Positions 60,891 through 64,000 of a stretch of DNA of 64,000 nt are shown one piece after another. The position numbers were made by a program, and so were the translations under genes. The notes below the pieces were generated by a model. The model was not told where the DNA came from and did no database searches. It was given only the letters and a program-made list of their open reading frames with translations. Origin of the DNA: Candidatus Multivoradales bacterium (GTDB lineage: Bacteria; Acidobacteriota; Thermoanaerobaculia; Multivoradales; Multivoraceae); contig CBDCWI010000001.1 of the NCBI GenBank assembly GCA_965223325.1, positions 1,632,001 through 1,696,000 on the forward strand, read 5' to 3'. Each line of letters starts with the position of its first letter. Position 1 is the stretch's first letter.

Positions 60891-62885
60891 ATGCGTTACA
60901 CATCCAGGTTCCTCTTTCCTACGCTGCGGTCTTACCTCGCGCTCCTCGCCCTCGCGGCCACTCTCGCCGGGGCGGTGGCGGGTCAAGCGCCGGTCACCGC
61001 CAACACTGACAGCGACACCGACTGGGCCTTTAGTACCGGCCCGTGGGGTAGCCAACGCTACGCGCCTCTTTCCCAGATCAACGGCAGCAACCTCGATCGA
61101 CTCGCCGTCGCCTGGCGCTGGTCGTCGCCCGACAATGCCCTGCGCGCAGAAGACGAGTCCCTCCAGAGCGCCCGCATGGAACCTGGCAGTCACGAGGTCA
61201 CGCCGATCAAGCACGGCAGCGTGCTCTATGCCACCACCGGCTACTCGCAAGTCGCGGCCCTCGACCCCGGCACCGGTGAAACCCGCTGGACCTACGACCC
61301 GGAGTCCTACCGCAGCGGACGGCCGCCCAACCTGGGATTCGTCCATCGTGGCGCCACCTACTGGGAAGACAAGGAAGGCCGCGGGCGCGTGTTCTATGCC
61401 ACTGGCGATGCGTACCTCAAAGCCATCGACGCAACGACTGGCGAACCGGTTGGCAGTTTCGGAACCGGCGGCAGCGTCGACCTCACCAAGGGACTGCGAC
61501 GAGAGTTCAGCCGCCGCGGCTATGGGGTGAGCTCCCCGGTGATTCCCTGTCGCGGTGTGCTCGTGGTCGGTTCATCGATTTCAGACGGTCAGACGCATCC
61601 CAAGGCTCCCCCTGGCGACGTGCGCGGCTTCGATGCGGTGACCGGAAAGCAGCTGTGGGCTTTTCACTCGGTGGCCCAGGAGGGCGAGTTCGGCAACGAC
61701 ACCTGGCTGGACGACTCCTGGAAAGACACCGGCAACACCAACGTCTGGACACTGTCGAGCCACGATGAAGCGCTCGGCATGGTGTACCTCCCGTTCGGAA
61801 CGCCAACCAACGACTGGTACGGCGGCCATCGTCGCGGCGACAATCTCTTTGCCGAGACCCTCGTCGCCCTCGACTGTGAGACCGGTGAGCGGCGTTGGCA
61901 CTTCCAGACCACCCACCACGGGGTCTGGGACTACGACCTGGTGACCTCACCGATCCTCGGCGACGTCGTGGTCGACGGCGAGAAGAAGAAGGCTGTCTTC
62001 CAGCTCACCAAACAGGCCTTCGTGTTCGCCTTCGACCGCGTGACCGGCGAACCGCTTTGGCCGATCGAGGAGCGCCCGGTTCCACAGAGCACGGTGCCCG
62101 GCGAACAGACCAGCCCGACTCAACCCTTCCCCACCAAACCGCCTCCCTACGATGCGCAAGGGCTCAACGAAGAGCAATTGATCGCTTTGACACCCGAGCT
62201 CTTCCGTGAAGCCAAAAAGATTCTCGCGCAGTACAACCACGGGCCCATCTACACGCCGCCGGTCGTCGGCAAGACAACTCTCAACCTGCCGGGCTGGGCG
62301 GGCGGCTCGAGCTGGCAAGGCGGCGGCTTCGACCCCGAGACCGGCATGCTTTACGTGCCGTCGTTCACCATTCCAATCGGCGTCACACTCCAGGCACCCG
62401 ATCCGGCGCGTTCGAGCTTTCGCTACGTCGCCGGAATTCAACCAATCATCGAAGGGCCGCAGGGTCTTCCGCTGGTCAAGCCGCCCTGGAGCCGGCTGAC
62501 TGCCTACGACATGAACGCGGGCGAGATCCGTTGGGTCAAGGCACTCGGCGACGGCCCCACGGACCATCCCGCCCTGGCCGGGCTCGACCTGCCCCCAATG
62601 GGTGACCTGGCGCGCAGTCACGTGCTGGTGACCAAGACCCTCCTGTTCGTCAATTCAAGCGCTGGCCTCGGGCGTGGCTACGCACCCGAGCGCGACGATG
62701 CCCGGTCCTACCTTCGCATCTTCGAGAAAAAGACCGGCGAGCTGCTGCGCGAGATCGAGCTGCCTGCAACCTCAGACGGCTCCCCGGCGACCTACATGCA
62801 CGAAGGGAGGCAGTACATCGTCTTCGCGCTCGGAGGCCGCGAAGACCCGCAAGAGCTGATCGCGTTCGCGTTGGCAGAAGAATAG
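60891..62885 (+). CDS. PQQ-dependent dehydrogenase (glucose/quinate type), secreted
   Basis: Signal peptide, RYAPLSQIN, VRGFDAVTGK.LW, HFQTTHHGVWDYD, WPIEERPVP, SPTQPFP, GRQYIV. Confidence 0.9.
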   Translation: MRYTSRFLFPTLRSYLALLALAATLAGAVAGQAPVTANTDSDTDWAFSTGPWGSQRYAPLSQINGSNLDRLAVAWRWSSPDNALRAEDESLQSARMEPGSHEVTPIKHGSVLYATTGYSQVAALDPGTGETRWTYDPESYRSGRPPNLGFVHRGATYWEDKEGRGRVFYATGDAYLKAIDATTGEPVGSFGTGGSVDLTKGLRREFSRRGYGVSSPVIPCRGVLVVGSSISDGQTHPKAPPGDVRGFDAVTGKQLWAFHSVAQEGEFGNDTWLDDSWKDTGNTNVWTLSSHDEALGMVYLPFGTPTNDWYGGHRRGDNLFAETLVALDCETGERRWHFQTTHHGVWDYDLVTSPILGDVVVDGEKKKAVFQLTKQAFVFAFDRVTGEPLWPIEERPVPQSTVPGEQTSPTQPFPTKPPPYDAQGLNEEQLIALTPELFREAKKILAQYNHGPIYTPPVVGKTTLNLPGWAGGSSWQGGGFDPETGMLYVPSFTIPIGVTLQAPDPARSSFRYVAGIQPIIEGPQGLPLVKPPWSRLTAYDMNAGEIRWVKALGDGPTDHPALAGLDLPPMGDLARSHVLVTKTLLFVNSSAGLGRGYAPERDDARSYLRIFEKKTGELLREIELPATSDGSPATYMHEGRQYIVFALGGREDPQELIAFALAEE

Positions 62886-63026
62886 AGATACAACGAGAAT
62901 CCCGGCTCGTCGCATTGCAGACATGCGGTGAACCGCGCCGAAGGATAGGGAGCTTCCGCGCATCCTCATGGTTCGAGGTCCGAACGTCCGGTTCGAGCCC
63001 GAGCCATGTTCACAGGAGCGTTTCCA

Positions 63027-63737
63027 ATGTCACGGTTTCTCGCCTTCATCTTCTCGACAGTGGTTCTCTTCCTCGCGGTTGACCCCGCGGCCGCCAAACA
63101 CAAGGAGGTGATCGAACTCTCCGACGCTCGCGTCATCATCGAAATCAACGACACCGACGGGGACTCGGGGATTCAGATCTTCCTCGACGCCGAGGGCTGG
63201 AAGTGGATGGCCGTCTACGATCCGTACTTCCGTCGTGTCATGACGTTTCGAGCGTCGGGCAGCGCTCGCCAGACCGGCGTGACCGAGCTGTTCCTCGAAA
63301 GCGCCGAGCCCGGCTTCGACGACCTACCGCTCGACGAGTTCCTCCACCGCTTCCCTGAGGGCACCTACCTGTTCTGGGGCCGGACCGTCGATGGCGACAT
63401 CCTGATCGGCGAGGCCGAGTTGACCCACGCCCTTCCCGACGGGCCCGTGTTGGTCTCGCCGGAAGAAGACGAGACCACCACTGCTGACAACACCATCGTC
63501 GAGTGGCTGCCTGTGTCAGACCCCGAGGGCAGCTCGATCGTCAACTACCAGGTTCTGGTCGTCCAGGAAGAGCCAACCCTTCGGGTCCTCGACATGATGC
63601 TGCCGGCCGATGCGACCAGCGTGAAGATTCCCTTCGCGTTCCTGGCGCCAGGCGGCACCTACAAGTACGAGATTCTGGCAATCGAGGAGAGCGGCAACCA
63701 GACGCTCTCCGAGCGCGAGTTCGAAGTCGAAGGCTAG
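63027..63737 (+). CDS. Secreted hypothetical protein with C-terminal FN3-like domain
   Basis: AGGAG RBS, signal peptide, IEINDTDGDSGIQIFLD, ESAEP, W.PV...YQV...YKYEILA. Confidence 0.7.
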   Translation: MSRFLAFIFSTVVLFLAVDPAAAKHKEVIELSDARVIIEINDTDGDSGIQIFLDAEGWKWMAVYDPYFRRVMTFRASGSARQTGVTELFLESAEPGFDDLPLDEFLHRFPEGTYLFWGRTVDGDILIGEAELTHALPDGPVLVSPEEDETTTADNTIVEWLPVSDPEGSSIVNYQVLVVQEEPTLRVLDMMLPADATSVKIPFAFLAPGGTYKYEILAIEESGNQTLSEREFEVEG

Positions 63738-63748
63738 GACTCACCGAG

Positions 63749-63799
63749 CGACCGAACCCTGCGTCGCCTCTTCGAACACTCGAACGCAGGGTTCGGTCG
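63749..63799. terminator. Hairpin between convergent genes, probably a bidirectional terminator
   Basis: 16-bp perfect inverted repeat cgaccgaaccctgcgt/acgcagggttcggtcg. Confidence 0.6.
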
Positions 63800-63817
63800 T
63801 TCGAAGAAGGCCCAGTC

Positions 63818-64000
63818 TCAGAGCGCGAGTTCGGCCGGCAGGTAGCGACTCATCAGGTCTTCGTAGTACGGCCTCAGCTCGCCGACATCAGGCGGGCTGG
63901 GGCTTTTCGAGTAGAGGTCGTAGGGGTTGAAGCGCTTGACCCACTCGAACATCTCGCGATCATGATCGTTCAGGAGATCGTCGTAGGCACCCTCTCGATG
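63818..64000 (-). CDS. Myo-inositol oxygenase, C-terminal part (runs off the window; absent from the ORF track)
   Basis: Manual translation: [60 protein letters not shown]; FNxYDLYSK and L.PYY are MIOX hallmarks. Confidence 0.85.
   Translation of the reverse strand, partial: HREGAYDDLLNDHDREMFEWVKRFNPYDLYSKSPSPPDVGELRPYYEDLMSRYLPAELAL

Noticed and set aside
59629-61530. 633-aa plus-strand ORF and other long overlapping ORFs (e.g. 39589-41214, 36558-37937, 5694-6974, 42469-43695)
   Set aside because: Antisense or frame-shifted shadows of well-supported genes, expected in high-GC DNA

Overview
GC-rich bacterial chromosomal window with about 55 CDS, mostly housekeeping and metabolic. I see no rRNA, tRNA, CRISPR array, prophage or transposase. 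Two large Hanks-type Ser/Thr kinases and a secreted beta-helix protein with an 'F..G.FE.G...W' tail suggest Acidobacteriota (Thermoanaerobaculia-like); this is inference. Recognisable genes: FkbM methyltransferase, fatty-acid desaturase, lemA/TPM/TPM, fdhD, a PilZ protein, glutamate dehydrogenase, gcvP, menB, a split branched-chain amino-acid pathway (leuCD; ilvE-ilvB-ilvN-ilvC-leuA; leuB behind an SNF2 ATPase), two PilT-family ATPases, uppP, an FKBP PPIase, an OmpR-type two-component pair with an orphan Fe3+-binding protein, dinB, a PQQ dehydrogenase and the C-terminus of a myo-inositol oxygenase. Non-coding elements read directly from the sequence: a complete leader-peptide attenuator upstream of ilvE (promoter, apparently leaderless 58-aa Val/Leu-rich leader, antiterminator, terminator), a probable 6S RNA at ~9055-9210 (-), and nine tandem 11-bp repeats between divergent promoters. 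Best follow-up leads: the attenuator, a PilT fused to an MshEN-like c-di-GMP module, an N-myristoyltransferase-like double-GNAT protein, and the Fe-binding protein/two-component module. Many starts were moved downstream of the ORF-track starts using RBS and family N-termini. Family calls come from motif recognition, not database searches.
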